Shown in pieces: positions 29,431 through 39,503 of a stretch of DNA of 64,000 bases. Positions within the stretch are counted from its first letter, which is position 1. Each line of letters opens with the position of its first letter. The stretch is from a bacterium (GTDB lineage Bacteria > Bacteroidota > Bacteroidia > Bacteroidales > Bacteroidaceae): assembly GCA_963637655.1 (NCBI GenBank), contig CAVHOL010000004.1:2586-66585 (forward strand). Reading direction: 5' to 3'. The notes below the pieces were generated by a model that was given only the letters and a program-made list of their open reading frames with translations, was not told the origin of the DNA and ran no database searches. The translations under genes and the position numbers were made by a program.

Positions 29431-29676
29431 TCGAAAAACTTTGATTGATTAAGATGATGTCAAACAGGCAATGTGCAGGACTACCATCCTGCATGCATGC
29501 AAAATTAGCAATTCGTTTTGGAAACAGTACTTTATTTTGTCTGTTTTTGCAAAAAATACGCACCGCAGCGACAGAAAATTTTTCATTTCACCACTGGGGC
29601 ACGCACACTGCGGAAGGTTTCGGCATACGGCGTCTGATTTTTCGGCGGGATAGACGTACGGCTCAATATTTTTTCG

Positions 29677-29684
29677 TAAATTTG
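29677..29684 (+). promoter_or_regulatory. candidate -7 box TAAATTTG for sdaA
   Basis: Matches TAnnTTTG, about 85 nt upstream of the ATG at 29771. Confidence 0.4.
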
Positions 29685-29770
29685 CAATAGGTTGGACGAC
29701 AGTCGGACAAAGGTAGGCGGCCAACCTTTCAGGGAGGCAATCTTCCCCCCCTATTTTACAAGCCAACGTT

Positions 29771-30976
29771 ATGAAATCACTCAAGGAACTGTACAGAATA
29801 GGCAAAGGCCCGTCCAGCAGCCACACGATGGGTCCACAGAAAGCCGCACAGATGTTTGCCGGCCATCACCCGGAAACACGCCGCTTCAAGGTGACGCTCT
29901 ACGGCAGCCTTGCCGCTACCGGACGCGGCCACCTGACCGATGTGGCCGTACGCGAAGTGCTCGAGCCGAGAGGCAAGGTGGAAATAGACTGGCAGCCCGC
30001 CGTCTACCTGCCATTCCACCCCAACGGCATGCGCTTCACCTCCTATGGCGCCGACGGACAGGAGACCGACTCTTGGACGGTATACAGTGTCGGCGGCGGC
30101 GCACTGTCTGAGGGCGAACATACACGCTGGATACCCAATGAGGGCGAGCCCTACACGCTCAACACGCTCAAGGAGATCATGAACTGGTGTGTCAGCCAGG
30201 GCCGCGGCTATTGGGAATACGTGGAAGAGTGCGAGGGCAGCGGTCTGTGGGACTATCTCCGCGAAGTATGGCACGCCATGCGGCAGGCCGTAGAGCGCGG
30301 ACTCGACCACGAAGGGGCCTTGCCCGGCCCGCTCCATCTGCCGCGAAAGGCCATCACCTACTACGTCAAGGCCCGCGGCTACCGGCAGACACTGCAGACC
30401 CGCGGACTGGTGTTCGCCTATGCACTGGCCGTCATAGAGGAGAATGCTTCCGGCGGCACCATCGTCACCGCCCCTACCTGCGGATCGTGCGGCGTACTGC
30501 CCGCTGTACTCTACCATCTGTGGAAGGGACACGAATTCAGCGAGACCCGCATACTCCACGCCCTGGCCACCGCCGGACTGTTCGGAAACATCGTCAAGCA
30601 GAACGCCTCCATCTCGGGTGCCGACGTAGGCTGCCAGGGCGAGGTGGGCGTAGCCTGCGCCATGGCCGCCGCCGCTGCCAACCAACTGTTCGGCGGCAGT
30701 CCCTCACAGATAGAATATGCAGCGGAGATGGGACTCGAGCATCATCTTGGCATGACCTGTGACCCGGTGTGCGGACTGGTACAGATACCCTGCATCGAGC
30801 GCAACGCCTTCGCCGCAGCCCGCGCGCTCGACGCCAATCTCTACGCCTCGTTCTCCGACGGTACCCACAGCGTATCGTTCGACCGCGTAGTGCGCGTCAT
30901 GAAGCAGACCGGACACGACCTGCCCTCGCTCTACAAGGAGACCAGCACAGGCGGCCTGGCCACCAACTTCGACTGA
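29771..30976 (+). CDS. sdaA: L-serine ammonia-lyase, iron-sulfur dependent, single-chain form
   Basis: 401 aa with the N-terminal GKGPSSSHTMGP motif and Cys ligand regions. Confidence 0.92.
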   Translation: MKSLKELYRIGKGPSSSHTMGPQKAAQMFAGHHPETRRFKVTLYGSLAATGRGHLTDVAVREVLEPRGKVEIDWQPAVYLPFHPNGMRFTSYGADGQETDSWTVYSVGGGALSEGEHTRWIPNEGEPYTLNTLKEIMNWCVSQGRGYWEYVEECEGSGLWDYLREVWHAMRQAVERGLDHEGALPGPLHLPRKAITYYVKARGYRQTLQTRGLVFAYALAVIEENASGGTIVTAPTCGSCGVLPAVLYHLWKGHEFSETRILHALATAGLFGNIVKQNASISGADVGCQGEVGVACAMAAAAANQLFGGSPSQIEYAAEMGLEHHLGMTCDPVCGLVQIPCIERNAFAAARALDANLYASFSDGTHSVSFDRVVRVMKQTGHDLPSLYKETSTGGLATNFD

Positions 30977-31054
30977 CGACCGTCATTCCGGACAATCAAG
31001 GCGGACACATAAACCGCCTTCACAAAACATCAGCAAACAAAACACAACGCATAC

Positions 31055-32011
31055 ATGGGATTATTTGGACTGTTCAACAAAAACAAGAAAGAAGTACTCG
31101 ACAACGGCCTTGAAAAGACCAAGCAGAGCGTATTCGGCAAGATAGCACGCGCCATCGCCGGCAAGTCTACCGTAGACGACGACGTGCTCGACAATCTCGA
31201 GGAAGTGCTCATCACGTCGGACATCGGCGTAGAGACTACCCTCAAGATTATCAAGCGCATCGAGGAAAGGGTGGCACGCGACAAGTACGTTTCCACCTCC
31301 GAGCTGCAGGGCATACTGCGCGACGAGATAGCGTCGCTGCTCACGGAGAACAACTCTGCCGACAACGACGACTGGGATCTGCCTACAGACCACCGTCCCT
31401 ACGTCATCCTCGTCGTAGGTGTCAACGGTGTGGGCAAGACCACCACCATCGGCAAGCTGGCCTACCAGTTCAAGAAAGCCGGCAAGAAGGTGTACCTCGG
31501 CGCCGCCGACACCTTCCGCGCCGCCGCCGTCGAGCAGATCTGCATCTGGGGCGAACGCGTAGGCGTACCGGTCATCAAGCAACAGATGGGATCAGACCCT
31601 GCCTCCGTCGCCTTCGACACCCTCTCCTCGGCCAAGGCCAACGGAGCCGATGTGGTGATCATCGATACCGCCGGCCGTCTGCACAACAAGGTAGGTCTCA
31701 TGAACGAGCTGAAAAAGATCAAGGACGTCATGAAGAAGGTGATGCCCACGGCTCCCGACGAGGTTCTGCTCGTGCTCGACGGCAGCACCGGACAGAACGC
31801 TTTCGAACAGGCCCGCCAGTTTGCCGCCGTCACCCAGATCACCTCCCTGGCCATCACCAAGCTCGACGGTACCGCCAAGGGCGGTGTCGTCATCGGCATC
31901 AGTGACCAGCTGAAGGTGCCAGTGAAGTATATCGGACTGGGAGAGTCGATGGAGTCGCTGCAGCTCTTCAACCGCCGGCAGTTTGTCGACTCCCTGTTCG
32001 ACAAGCAATAA
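31055..32011 (+). CDS. ftsY: signal recognition particle receptor FtsY
   Basis: 318 aa with an SRP54-type GTPase (VGVNGVGKTTTIGKLA, DTAGRLH, TKLDGTAKGG). Confidence 0.95.
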   Translation: MGLFGLFNKNKKEVLDNGLEKTKQSVFGKIARAIAGKSTVDDDVLDNLEEVLITSDIGVETTLKIIKRIEERVARDKYVSTSELQGILRDEIASLLTENNSADNDDWDLPTDHRPYVILVVGVNGVGKTTTIGKLAYQFKKAGKKVYLGAADTFRAAAVEQICIWGERVGVPVIKQQMGSDPASVAFDTLSSAKANGADVVIIDTAGRLHNKVGLMNELKKIKDVMKKVMPTAPDEVLLVLDGSTGQNAFEQARQFAAVTQITSLAITKLDGTAKGGVVIGISDQLKVPVKYIGLGESMESLQLFNRRQFVDSLFDKQ

Positions 32012-32089
32012 TCCCGTTTCCCCGACGCCCCACATACGACCGCGCCGCACCAAATGATGCGGACAAGCAAAGACACACCATACGAAAAT

Positions 32090-33385
32090 ATGAAGAAAGG
32101 ACAGATAGACATCGTGACCATGGGCTGCTCGAAGAACCTTGTCGACAGCGAACTGCTCATGCGGCAGTTTGAAGCCAACGGCTACCACTGCACACACGAT
32201 GCCAAACGCATAGAAGGCGAGATCGCAGTCATCAATACCTGCGGGTTTATCGAGGACGCCAAGCAGGAAAGCATCGACACCATCCTCGAATTCGCCAAGG
32301 CCAAAGAGGAAGGACGCATCAAGCAGCTCTACGTCATGGGCTGCCTCTCGCAACGCTACAAAGACGAGCTGGAAGCCGAGATACCGCAGGTAGACAAGTT
32401 CTACGGGAAATTCAACTACAAGCAGTTGCTCACCGACCTGGGCAAGGCCGATGTGACCACCTGCGACGGGCAGCGCCACCTCACCACGCCCCACCACTAT
32501 GCCTATCTGAAGATCAGCGAGGGATGCGACCGCCGCTGCGCCTACTGCGCCATACCCATCATCACCGGAAAGCACGTCAGCCGCCCCGAGGAGGACATCC
32601 TGCGCGAGGTACGCCAGCTGGTAGAGAGCGGCGTGCGCGAGTTTCAGATCATCGCACAGGAGCTCACCTACTACGGTGTCGACATCGACGGCAAACGCCA
32701 CATCGCCGACCTTGTACGCCATATCGCCGACATCAAGGGCGTGAAATGGATACGGCTGCACTACGCCTACCCCAACCAGTTTCCGCTCGACCTACTCGAC
32801 GTGATGCGCGAGAAGCCCAATGTATGCAAGTATCTCGACATCGCCCTGCAACATATCAGCGACCACATGCTCGACCGCATGCACCGCCATGTAGGCAAGG
32901 CCGAGACCGTAGACCTCATCCACAAGATACGCGAGGCCGTGCCCGGCATCCATCTGCGCACGACACTGATGGTAGGATTTCCCGGCGAGACCGAAGAAGA
33001 CTTCCGCGAGCTCATGGACTTTGTCCGCGAGGAACGTTTCGAGCGCATGGGCGCCTTCGCCTACTCCGAAGAGGACGGCACATACAGCGCACAACACTAC
33101 AAGGACGACGTGCCCGCAGAGGTCAAGCAGCGGCGGCTCGATGAGCTGATGGCCCAGCAGCAGGAGATCAGCGCCGAAGTGGAGGCCGCCAAGGTAGGTT
33201 CGGTGCTGCGGACAGTCATCGACCGCAAAGAGGGCGAATACTATATCGGGCGTACCGAGTACTGCTCGCCCGAGGTCGATCCTGAGGTGCTCGTGAAGGC
33301 GACCCGACGCCTGCGCGTCGGCTCATTCTACGACGTGCGCATCACCGGCAGCGACGAGTTCGACCTCTACGGCGAAGTCGTATAG
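32090..33385 (+). CDS. rimO: ribosomal protein S12 methylthiotransferase RimO
   Basis: It has MTTase N-terminal Cys residues (TMGCSKNLVDSE), the radical SAM motif CDRRCAYCAIP and a TRAM C-terminus. The track ORF starts at 32054, and I prefer Met13 (MKKGQIDIV), which aligns with typical RimO starts. Confidence 0.9.
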   Translation: MKKGQIDIVTMGCSKNLVDSELLMRQFEANGYHCTHDAKRIEGEIAVINTCGFIEDAKQESIDTILEFAKAKEEGRIKQLYVMGCLSQRYKDELEAEIPQVDKFYGKFNYKQLLTDLGKADVTTCDGQRHLTTPHHYAYLKISEGCDRRCAYCAIPIITGKHVSRPEEDILREVRQLVESGVREFQIIAQELTYYGVDIDGKRHIADLVRHIADIKGVKWIRLHYAYPNQFPLDLLDVMREKPNVCKYLDIALQHISDHMLDRMHRHVGKAETVDLIHKIREAVPGIHLRTTLMVGFPGETEEDFRELMDFVREERFERMGAFAYSEEDGTYSAQHYKDDVPAEVKQRRLDELMAQQQEISAEVEAAKVGSVLRTVIDRKEGEYYIGRTEYCSPEVDPEVLVKATRRLRVGSFYDVRITGSDEFDLYGEVV

Positions 33386-33435
33386 ACCATAGACAACACA
33401 CCGAAACACACTGACCAAAAGCAAAGCCTTATCCT

Positions 33436-33726
33436 ATGAACAACAAGGAGTTTATCGCCGAACTGTCACAGCGCAGCGGCTACTCGCAGGAGAACACACA
33501 ACGTCTCGTCCGGACGGTCATCGAGGCCATGGCCTCGCAGTTTGACGAGGGCGAGAATGTCACTGTGCCCTCCTTCGGTACCTTCGAACTGAAAAAGCGC
33601 ATGGAGCGCATCGTCGTCAATCCTGCATCGGGACAACGCATGATGGTGCCTCCGAAGATTGTCCTGGCCTTCAAGCCGGCATCCGCAGTCAAAGAATATC
33701 TCAAAAAAGGGGAGGGCCGCGCATGA
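33436..33726 (+). CDS. hup: HU family DNA-binding protein
   Basis: 96 aa, MNNKEFIAELSQRSGYSQENTQRLVRTVIEAMAS...FGTFELKKRMERIVVNPASGQRMMVPPK. Confidence 0.9.
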   Translation: MNNKEFIAELSQRSGYSQENTQRLVRTVIEAMASQFDEGENVTVPSFGTFELKKRMERIVVNPASGQRMMVPPKIVLAFKPASAVKEYLKKGEGRA

Positions 33727-35039
33727 TCAAGATCACAGATATTGCCAATACGGTAGCCGACCGGCACGAACTGTCACAGGCCGATGCCAATACTTTTGTG
33801 ACGGATCTCTTCAGCGTCATCGAGGACGGTCTGCGCACAGGCGACCGCCAAGTGAAGGTAAAGGGACTGGGCACATTCAAGGTGACCAGTGTCAGTCCGA
33901 GAGAGAGCGTGGACGTCAACACCGGCGAGCGCATCGTCATCGAAGGACGCGAGAAAATCGTGTTCACCCCCGATGCCGTTCTGCGCGACCGTGTCAACAG
34001 GCCGTTCTCGCAATTTGAGACAGTCACACTGCGCGACGACGTCAATTTCTCCGAGATAGACAAGGCTTTCGAACAAACCGCTCCTGTTGTCGCAGAGGCA
34101 TCCCAAAAGCCGGAAGAAGCGGCAAAGGCCGATATGCCAGCGCCTGCTACAGAAGAAAACATTACGGAACCTGCCGTCAATGCGGAAGAGCCGATTGAAG
34201 AGGTGAAAGTAGAAGAACCGGTTGAAGAAGTGAAAGTGGAAGAGCCCGCCGAAGAAGTGAAAGAGCCGGCCGTAGAAACGACAGAAACTGATACGGTACC
34301 GACGGAAGAAACATCCACAAAGGACAAAGAGACCGAAACGCCGCAACGCCACCAAAACCGTTTGGAAAAGATGCAGTCGGAGGAACAGATATTCTCCGAA
34401 AGTCAGCACACATCTCAGCATAAGGATTCCAGCCGCACCGACGGAAACGACGACGAGTACGACGATGAGCACCCACGCAATACGCTGGCCATCTGGCTGA
34501 CCGCAGCCATCATCATCCTTCTTGTCATCAGCGGAGCAGGCGGCGGATACTTGTGGCACGAACTGTCGGTACGCAACGACAGTATCGCCATACTGCAGAC
34601 CCGCCTCATCGACATAGAAGAGCGTATCCATCACGCCAATACGACCGCCCGTACAGAAAAAGCGCCTGACGGACAAGACACCCCGGCCGAGGCTGCCACG
34701 GAAGGCACTCCGATGAAAGAGAAGGCGGAAACAACGCCGACAACTACCGCAGCACCGGCCTCTCCGACAACCGCAAAAGCCAAGGAAGAGGAAAAGACCG
34801 TATCGGTAGCCGCCTACGACAAGGATGTACGTATCCGCACCGGAGCCTACAAAATCGTCGGCATCGACAAGACCGTCACCGTCAAGGCCGGGCAGACCTT
34901 GGCTTCCATCGCCCGGTCACACCTCGGCCCCGGCATGGAGTGCTACGTTGAGGCCGTCAACGAAAAACGTGAATACAAAGCCGGCGACCAGGTGAAACTG
35001 CCCAAGCTGGAGCTCAAGAAGGCCGCCAAAAAGAAATAG
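33723..35039 (+). CDS. HU-domain fusion protein: N-terminal HU/IHF-like domain, acidic repeat linker, one TM helix, LysM-like C-terminus
   Basis: 438 aa. The N-terminus has GLGTFKVTSVSPRESVDVNTGERIVIEGREKIVFTP, the TM is LAIWLTAAIIILLVISGAGGGYLW, and the C-terminus has VTVKAGQTLASIARSHLG...YKAGDQVKLP. The start overlaps the HU stop by 4 nt (ATGA). Confidence 0.75.
   Translation: MIKITDIANTVADRHELSQADANTFVTDLFSVIEDGLRTGDRQVKVKGLGTFKVTSVSPRESVDVNTGERIVIEGREKIVFTPDAVLRDRVNRPFSQFETVTLRDDVNFSEIDKAFEQTAPVVAEASQKPEEAAKADMPAPATEENITEPAVNAEEPIEEVKVEEPVEEVKVEEPAEEVKEPAVETTETDTVPTEETSTKDKETETPQRHQNRLEKMQSEEQIFSESQHTSQHKDSSRTDGNDDEYDDEHPRNTLAIWLTAAIIILLVISGAGGGYLWHELSVRNDSIAILQTRLIDIEERIHHANTTARTEKAPDGQDTPAEAATEGTPMKEKAETTPTTTAAPASPTTAKAKEEEKTVSVAAYDKDVRIRTGAYKIVGIDKTVTVKAGQTLASIARSHLGPGMECYVEAVNEKREYKAGDQVKLPKLELKKAAKKK
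34184..34264 (+). repeat. three tandem 27-bp units encoding EEP(I/V/A)EEVKV
   Basis: The units are gaagagccgattgaagaggtgaaagta, gaagaaccggttgaagaagtgaaagtg and gaagagcccgccgaagaagtgaaa. Confidence 0.7.
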
Positions 35040-35040
35040 A

Positions 35041-35892
35041 TCATTTCACCCGCACCACCCGGATACCGATCTGTGAGCGGTTGCGCATCATATAGTCGTG
35101 GAGAGTACGCCGTTCCTCCACGACTTTTTTGTGTACAAGCGATGCGTTGAGCAGATGCAGGCCGTCCTCGTGCCACACGGCGATACCGATATGCGAAGTG
35201 TCGAGACCGCTCTTGCGGGTGACGATGGCAATGATGTCGCCGTCGTGTATCGTGCGCCGGAACAGTGCGGTGTTGGCAATGGTCTCCTTGGGAATGAAGC
35301 GGTAGGTATGTCCGCTGATAGACTGCTCCATCTTCGCTATCTCCTTGGTCTGTTCGGGATCGCGCACAAGCATGGGATAACTGTCGGCATGGGTCGTCAT
35401 GTAGTTGATGCGCAAGGTCTGCACGGCCGTGAACGGCGGACTCGGGCGGCGGATCTCCTCTACAAATTTCATCTTGGTATTCTCCTCTATCCACAGCGAG
35501 AAGTAGTGCAGGCGGTGGGCATACGACACGTCACCGTCCATATAACGTATCTCCTGCAGGCAACGGCAGAAATCAGCGAAGGTCGGCATCCCACGTTTTG
35601 CGCAGAGCACAATGGCCAGCACATTCTCCACATAAGTGGTGCAGTCGAGCTGGCGCAGATTGACGACAAGCCGCTCTTGGTCATTGTTTTCCAGGGTCTT
35701 GGCGACATAGGGCAAATCGAGGAACTGGCGGGCAACGTATACCATCAGATTGGTACCCTCGGGCTGCTTTGCCGCCTGTGCGATAAGGTTGACGACCTTG
35801 GCGCTGTCAGCCTTGGTATATTGCGGAGTGACTGTCCCGGCCCGCAATGCGAGGGCGGAGAGCAGAAGAAGGGTGGTGAGAAAGGTTTTCAT
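35041..35892 (-). CDS. DUF1460-type (amidase-like) secreted protein
   Basis: 283 aa with a signal peptide and the motifs LDCTTYVENVLA and SHIGIAVW, typical of the DUF1460 / N-acetylmuramoyl-L-alanine amidase-like family. Confidence 0.7.
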   Translation of the reverse strand: MKTFLTTLLLLSALALRAGTVTPQYTKADSAKVVNLIAQAAKQPEGTNLMVYVARQFLDLPYVAKTLENNDQERLVVNLRQLDCTTYVENVLAIVLCAKRGMPTFADFCRCLQEIRYMDGDVSYAHRLHYFSLWIEENTKMKFVEEIRRPSPPFTAVQTLRINYMTTHADSYPMLVRDPEQTKEIAKMEQSISGHTYRFIPKETIANTALFRRTIHDGDIIAIVTRKSGLDTSHIGIAVWHEDGLHLLNASLVHKKVVEERRTLHDYMMRNRSQIGIRVVRVK

Positions 35893-35900
35893 AGTGTCGT

Positions 35901-37067
35901 TTACCGTTTAGAGAAATTGAAACCGATATAGATGTTCAGACTGCCAAACACATTGAGTGCGGAGAACTGCTGTTTCTTGTAGGTATAGGAATGGATGATA
36001 GTGCTCGCCCCGAAGAACCACCGGTTGTTGTTGCGCACGATGCCGAAGCGCCCCACCCCGTCAAAATTGATGTTATTGATGGAAAAGTCGCGAAGCGAAA
36101 ATCCCGTATGGCTGGTCTCGCTGGTGGTATGTTTGTAGCCAAGCGCGGCCGACAGTGAGGCGGCGAACACCCAGTTGTGGGCGAACACCCAGTTGTAGCC
36201 GTAGCCTCCGGAGAGCGAGACGTCGGTATACTGTATCTTTCCCGAATTGAGGTCGTCGGTGATATAGGTCTGCGCGGCCGTCTCCCCCATACGGTCAGCG
36301 ACGACGGAGCGGAGCTTGTTCCAGTCCATATTGAGCGTATGCTTGGTATAGCCCAGGCCGACCAGTGCCGAACCGCAGCTACGGCGCTGCACGTTGCTCT
36401 GGTTGAAGGCCGCCGGATAGGAAAACCGTCTGTGGTTGAAGATATAGTAGATATTGAAGCCCTTGATGCTCGCCTGCAATCCGTCGAACTTCACACCGGT
36501 CATGGCATGCGTGTCGACCTCGCCGCCGTTGAGTTTCAGGCGTTTGATCTTGTAGTCGTCTCCGGTCTTTCGGTAGAACATGTCGATACCGAGCTGCGCA
36601 CTGTACAGGCTGAGGTCAAACTCCTTCTTGTTGTTGCCGCTGAAGTGGCGCAGGTCGAAGGTATAGCCGAGGAATATCCAACGCCATCCAAAGTACGGAC
36701 CGAGTTTCACCGAAGGTTCCGGCGCAAGGTTGATGTCAAGGTTGTCATTGGCATGTATGTCATAGATCTCGTAGGTATTGGTGTTCTGCATCATGAATGT
36801 GAAGTTGTACTTGGGCGGCTCCACATACAGGGTGTCCACCCGGCTGAAGTCCTTCACAAATTCATACAACCCGTGCAGCAGACGCTTGCCGAAACTTTTT
36901 CTCACGTTTTTTTTCGCCTCAGGGACTGCCGGTGCGGTTCCCGTTTCCGACTCCGTACCTACAGTCCGTACCACACTGTCCTCTACCGCCAGAGGCACGA
37001 CCTCCTGCGCCTGCAGCATCGCCGAGGCGGACAGAAGGAAGAGGAGCGACAATATGGTTTTCTTCAT
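35901..37067 (-). CDS. outer-membrane beta-barrel protein, DUF4421-like
   Basis: 388 aa with a signal peptide, alternating beta-strand pattern and C-terminal ...IYIGFNFSKR. The family assignment is from memory only. Confidence 0.55.
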   Translation of the reverse strand: MKKTILSLLFLLSASAMLQAQEVVPLAVEDSVVRTVGTESETGTAPAVPEAKKNVRKSFGKRLLHGLYEFVKDFSRVDTLYVEPPKYNFTFMMQNTNTYEIYDIHANDNLDINLAPEPSVKLGPYFGWRWIFLGYTFDLRHFSGNNKKEFDLSLYSAQLGIDMFYRKTGDDYKIKRLKLNGGEVDTHAMTGVKFDGLQASIKGFNIYYIFNHRRFSYPAAFNQSNVQRRSCGSALVGLGYTKHTLNMDWNKLRSVVADRMGETAAQTYITDDLNSGKIQYTDVSLSGGYGYNWVFAHNWVFAASLSAALGYKHTTSETSHTGFSLRDFSINNINFDGVGRFGIVRNNNRWFFGASTIIHSYTYKKQQFSALNVFGSLNIYIGFNFSKR

Positions 37068-37100
37068 TGCGTTTTTTGTGTCGGGGCAGGCAATTGCGGG

Positions 37101-38081
37101 TCAGAGCTTGCCCAATATACGGTCCATCACCCAGTTGACGGGGGTGGCACTCACACTGGTGCAGTCGCAGATGCCGATGCCCTGGATGTCTTCGATGACC
37201 GACTTGATGATGGGCAGTTGCACATAGGGCGGATTGGGAATGACGATGCTGGTCTTGCCCTCACTGGTGACGAGCCGTATGGGGTCGTAGTTGTACACTG
37301 AGAACGAGAGCGTACCTTTCTCGCCGATGACCTCCACACAGTCTTCCTTGGCACTCTGGTGTCCCACGAAGCACCACGATCCGCTGCCGGGAACGCCGTT
37401 TTCGAAGAAGAAGCATGCGCTGATAGTATCCTCGGCATCATACAGATGGGCACGGTTGGCACAATAGCCATGGGCCCGCGTGATGACGCCGAAGATGTCC
37501 TGCAACAGGTCGAGCTGGTGAGGGGCAAGATCGTAGAAATAGCCGCCACCGGCAATGTCGGGCTGCAACCGCCAGGGCAGGCGGTCACTCTGGTAGTCGA
37601 GGTCGCGGGGAGGCACGGAGAAACGTATCTGCACATTGGCCACATTGCCGATGACACCGCTGAGAATGATGTCCTTCACCTTGCGGAAGTAGGGCAGATA
37701 ACGGCGGTAGTAGGCCACAAAGCACGGCACACCGGTCTGTTCGCTGATACGGTTGATGCGGGCACAGTCTTCATAACTGGCCGCAAGCGGTTTTTCTATA
37801 TATACGGGTTTTCCGGCCTTCATGGCCATGATGGCAAAAGTGGCATGACTTGAAGGCGGGGTGGCAATATACACGGCGTTCACCTCTGCATCGTCGATGA
37901 GTTCCTGCGGATCGGTGTACCATTTCGGTATGCCGTGCCGCTCGGCATAGGAACGGGCCTTGTCGGCATTGCGGCTCATCACCGCCACGACACGGGACCC
38001 TTCCACCTCGTTGAAGGCAGGTCCGGACTTCTTTTCGGTCACTTCACCGCATCCGATAAATCCCCAGTTCACCTGTTTCAT
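37101..38081 (-). CDS. Gfo/Idh/MocA family oxidoreductase
   Basis: 326 aa with an N-terminal Rossmann motif (VNWGFIGCGEVTEKK) and the motif VYIEKPLA. Confidence 0.88.
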   Translation of the reverse strand: MKQVNWGFIGCGEVTEKKSGPAFNEVEGSRVVAVMSRNADKARSYAERHGIPKWYTDPQELIDDAEVNAVYIATPPSSHATFAIMAMKAGKPVYIEKPLAASYEDCARINRISEQTGVPCFVAYYRRYLPYFRKVKDIILSGVIGNVANVQIRFSVPPRDLDYQSDRLPWRLQPDIAGGGYFYDLAPHQLDLLQDIFGVITRAHGYCANRAHLYDAEDTISACFFFENGVPGSGSWCFVGHQSAKEDCVEVIGEKGTLSFSVYNYDPIRLVTSEGKTSIVIPNPPYVQLPIIKSVIEDIQGIGICDCTSVSATPVNWVMDRILGKL

Positions 38082-38917
38082 ACCTTTTCTCCTTTCTTGT
38101 TTTCGGGCGCGTCAAACTGCTTCAGCCAATGGTCGATCAGCCTGCGGGCAAGGCTGAGTTTCTCCGGAATGGTAGGCAGGTTGTCGTGACGGAACCATCC
38201 GCCGCGGCCCAATTCGGAATACTGCAGATGGAGCTCGCCCTCGACATAGTCGGCGAAGAAGCCCACCATCAGTCCGCAGGGATAGGGCCACGGCTGTGAT
38301 GCGAAGTAGCGCAGATTGGTGATGGTGAGGTTGGTCTCCTCACGCACTTCCCGCACGACGGCCTCTTCAAGGGTTTCTCCGGTTTCCACGAACCCGGCCA
38401 CAAGACCATAAAAGTCGGTTTTGAAATTGTTGGCGTGTACAAGCAACACCTCATCTCCCCTGCTTATCAGCACGATGATGGCCGTGGCAAGTTGCGGCCA
38501 GACCGTACGTCCGCATACCGTACACTTTCTTGAGATGTCGGTGTGTATCTTCATCGGGGCGCCACACGTGCCGCAATAGCGGTTGTTGGAGTCCCAGTAG
38601 AGCAGTTCTTCGCACTTTCCGGCTTTCAGGTAAAGTGCTTCGCTGAGTTTGTAGTAGGATTGCCGCAGCCCGCACATCTCATAACGGCCGTCGCCCGTCA
38701 CCGGCTGGCTGACGGCATAGGTGCTGACCGCCGTACCGTCTGTCATGGCGGTGACGGGCAGAATACGGGTGTCGCCGTCGGTCGTTGTGGGCGGTTCCTC
38801 CTGACAAGGTATAGTGTAGGTGTCTTCGCCGCACTTCTGCAGCATGATGTCTCCCTTGTGGAATACAAACCAGTATCTTTTCATACTTTTCTCGTTGTCT
38901 GCCAAATACCTCCGCAC
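38078..38917 (-). CDS. nudC: NAD(+) diphosphatase (NudC)
   Basis: 279 aa with a zinc ribbon (CGTCGAPM...CTVCGRTVWP) and a Nudix box (GFVETGETLEEAVVREVREETN). It overlaps the downstream oxidoreductase start by 4 nt. Confidence 0.88.
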   Translation of the reverse strand: MRRYLADNEKSMKRYWFVFHKGDIMLQKCGEDTYTIPCQEEPPTTTDGDTRILPVTAMTDGTAVSTYAVSQPVTGDGRYEMCGLRQSYYKLSEALYLKAGKCEELLYWDSNNRYCGTCGAPMKIHTDISRKCTVCGRTVWPQLATAIIVLISRGDEVLLVHANNFKTDFYGLVAGFVETGETLEEAVVREVREETNLTITNLRYFASQPWPYPCGLMVGFFADYVEGELHLQYSELGRGGWFRHDNLPTIPEKLSLARRLIDHWLKQFDAPENKKGEKV

Positions 38918-39095
38918 ACCGTCCCTTCTGCCTCGGCAAGGCGGAAGCGGCGGTGTGCAGGGCCACTAATAACGACAAAATTACAAAAATCATCTTGTTT
39001 GGCAAAAGAAAGTCTGCCAAATTGCGGTTTTCCAAGGCTCTGCGAGAGGCTTGGAATGGAAAAAGGGAAAGGCGAAGCATACGCCCCTCGCCCCA

Positions 39096-39503
39096 TCACG
39101 ACTGCGCGTGTTCCACGGTCTCCTTCTTGCCTTTCAAAAAGCGGTATTCGGCCGTGGAAATGTCATAGATGCCGAATGCGGTCAGCACAAAGAAGCCCAG
39201 ATACATCAGTGCGACCGCACCCGGATGGACCGCAATACTGAGCAGATATGCAGCAAGGCCGGAAAGCAGACGCCCGACATCGGCTTTCATGATATCTGCA
39301 CCGCCGAGCGCCACAAACAGTACAATGGCCACGCAAGAGCACAGGAGCGTCCACCGCCTCGACAATATGACGGTCCGCGACAGACGGTGTCGGGGTATAT
39401 GCCGCATGACACGCTCCGAAAAGCCGTTGTCGGGGAGCGGATCCAGGCGATGGTTGTCAAAAAAGGACTGTATCAACAGGTTGTCTTTGTCATTCATATC
39501 CAT
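39096..39503 (-). CDS. small membrane protein, possible anti-sigma partner of the upstream ECF sigma
   Basis: 135 aa with two or three TM helices. It overlaps the sigma gene stop by 14 nt. No recognisable domain was seen. Confidence 0.5.
   Translation of the reverse strand: MDMNDKDNLLIQSFFDNHRLDPLPDNGFSERVMRHIPRHRLSRTVILSRRWTLLCSCVAIVLFVALGGADIMKADVGRLLSGLAAYLLSIAVHPGAVALMYLGFFVLTAFGIYDISTAEYRFLKGKKETVEHAQS

Noticed and set aside
29691-29770. Possible riboswitch or attenuator in the sdaA leader (stem aggttgg...ccaacct followed by gggagg..cttccc and a T-rich run).
   Set aside because: The stems are short and imperfect, and I could not match any known aptamer. The evidence is insufficient without covariation data.
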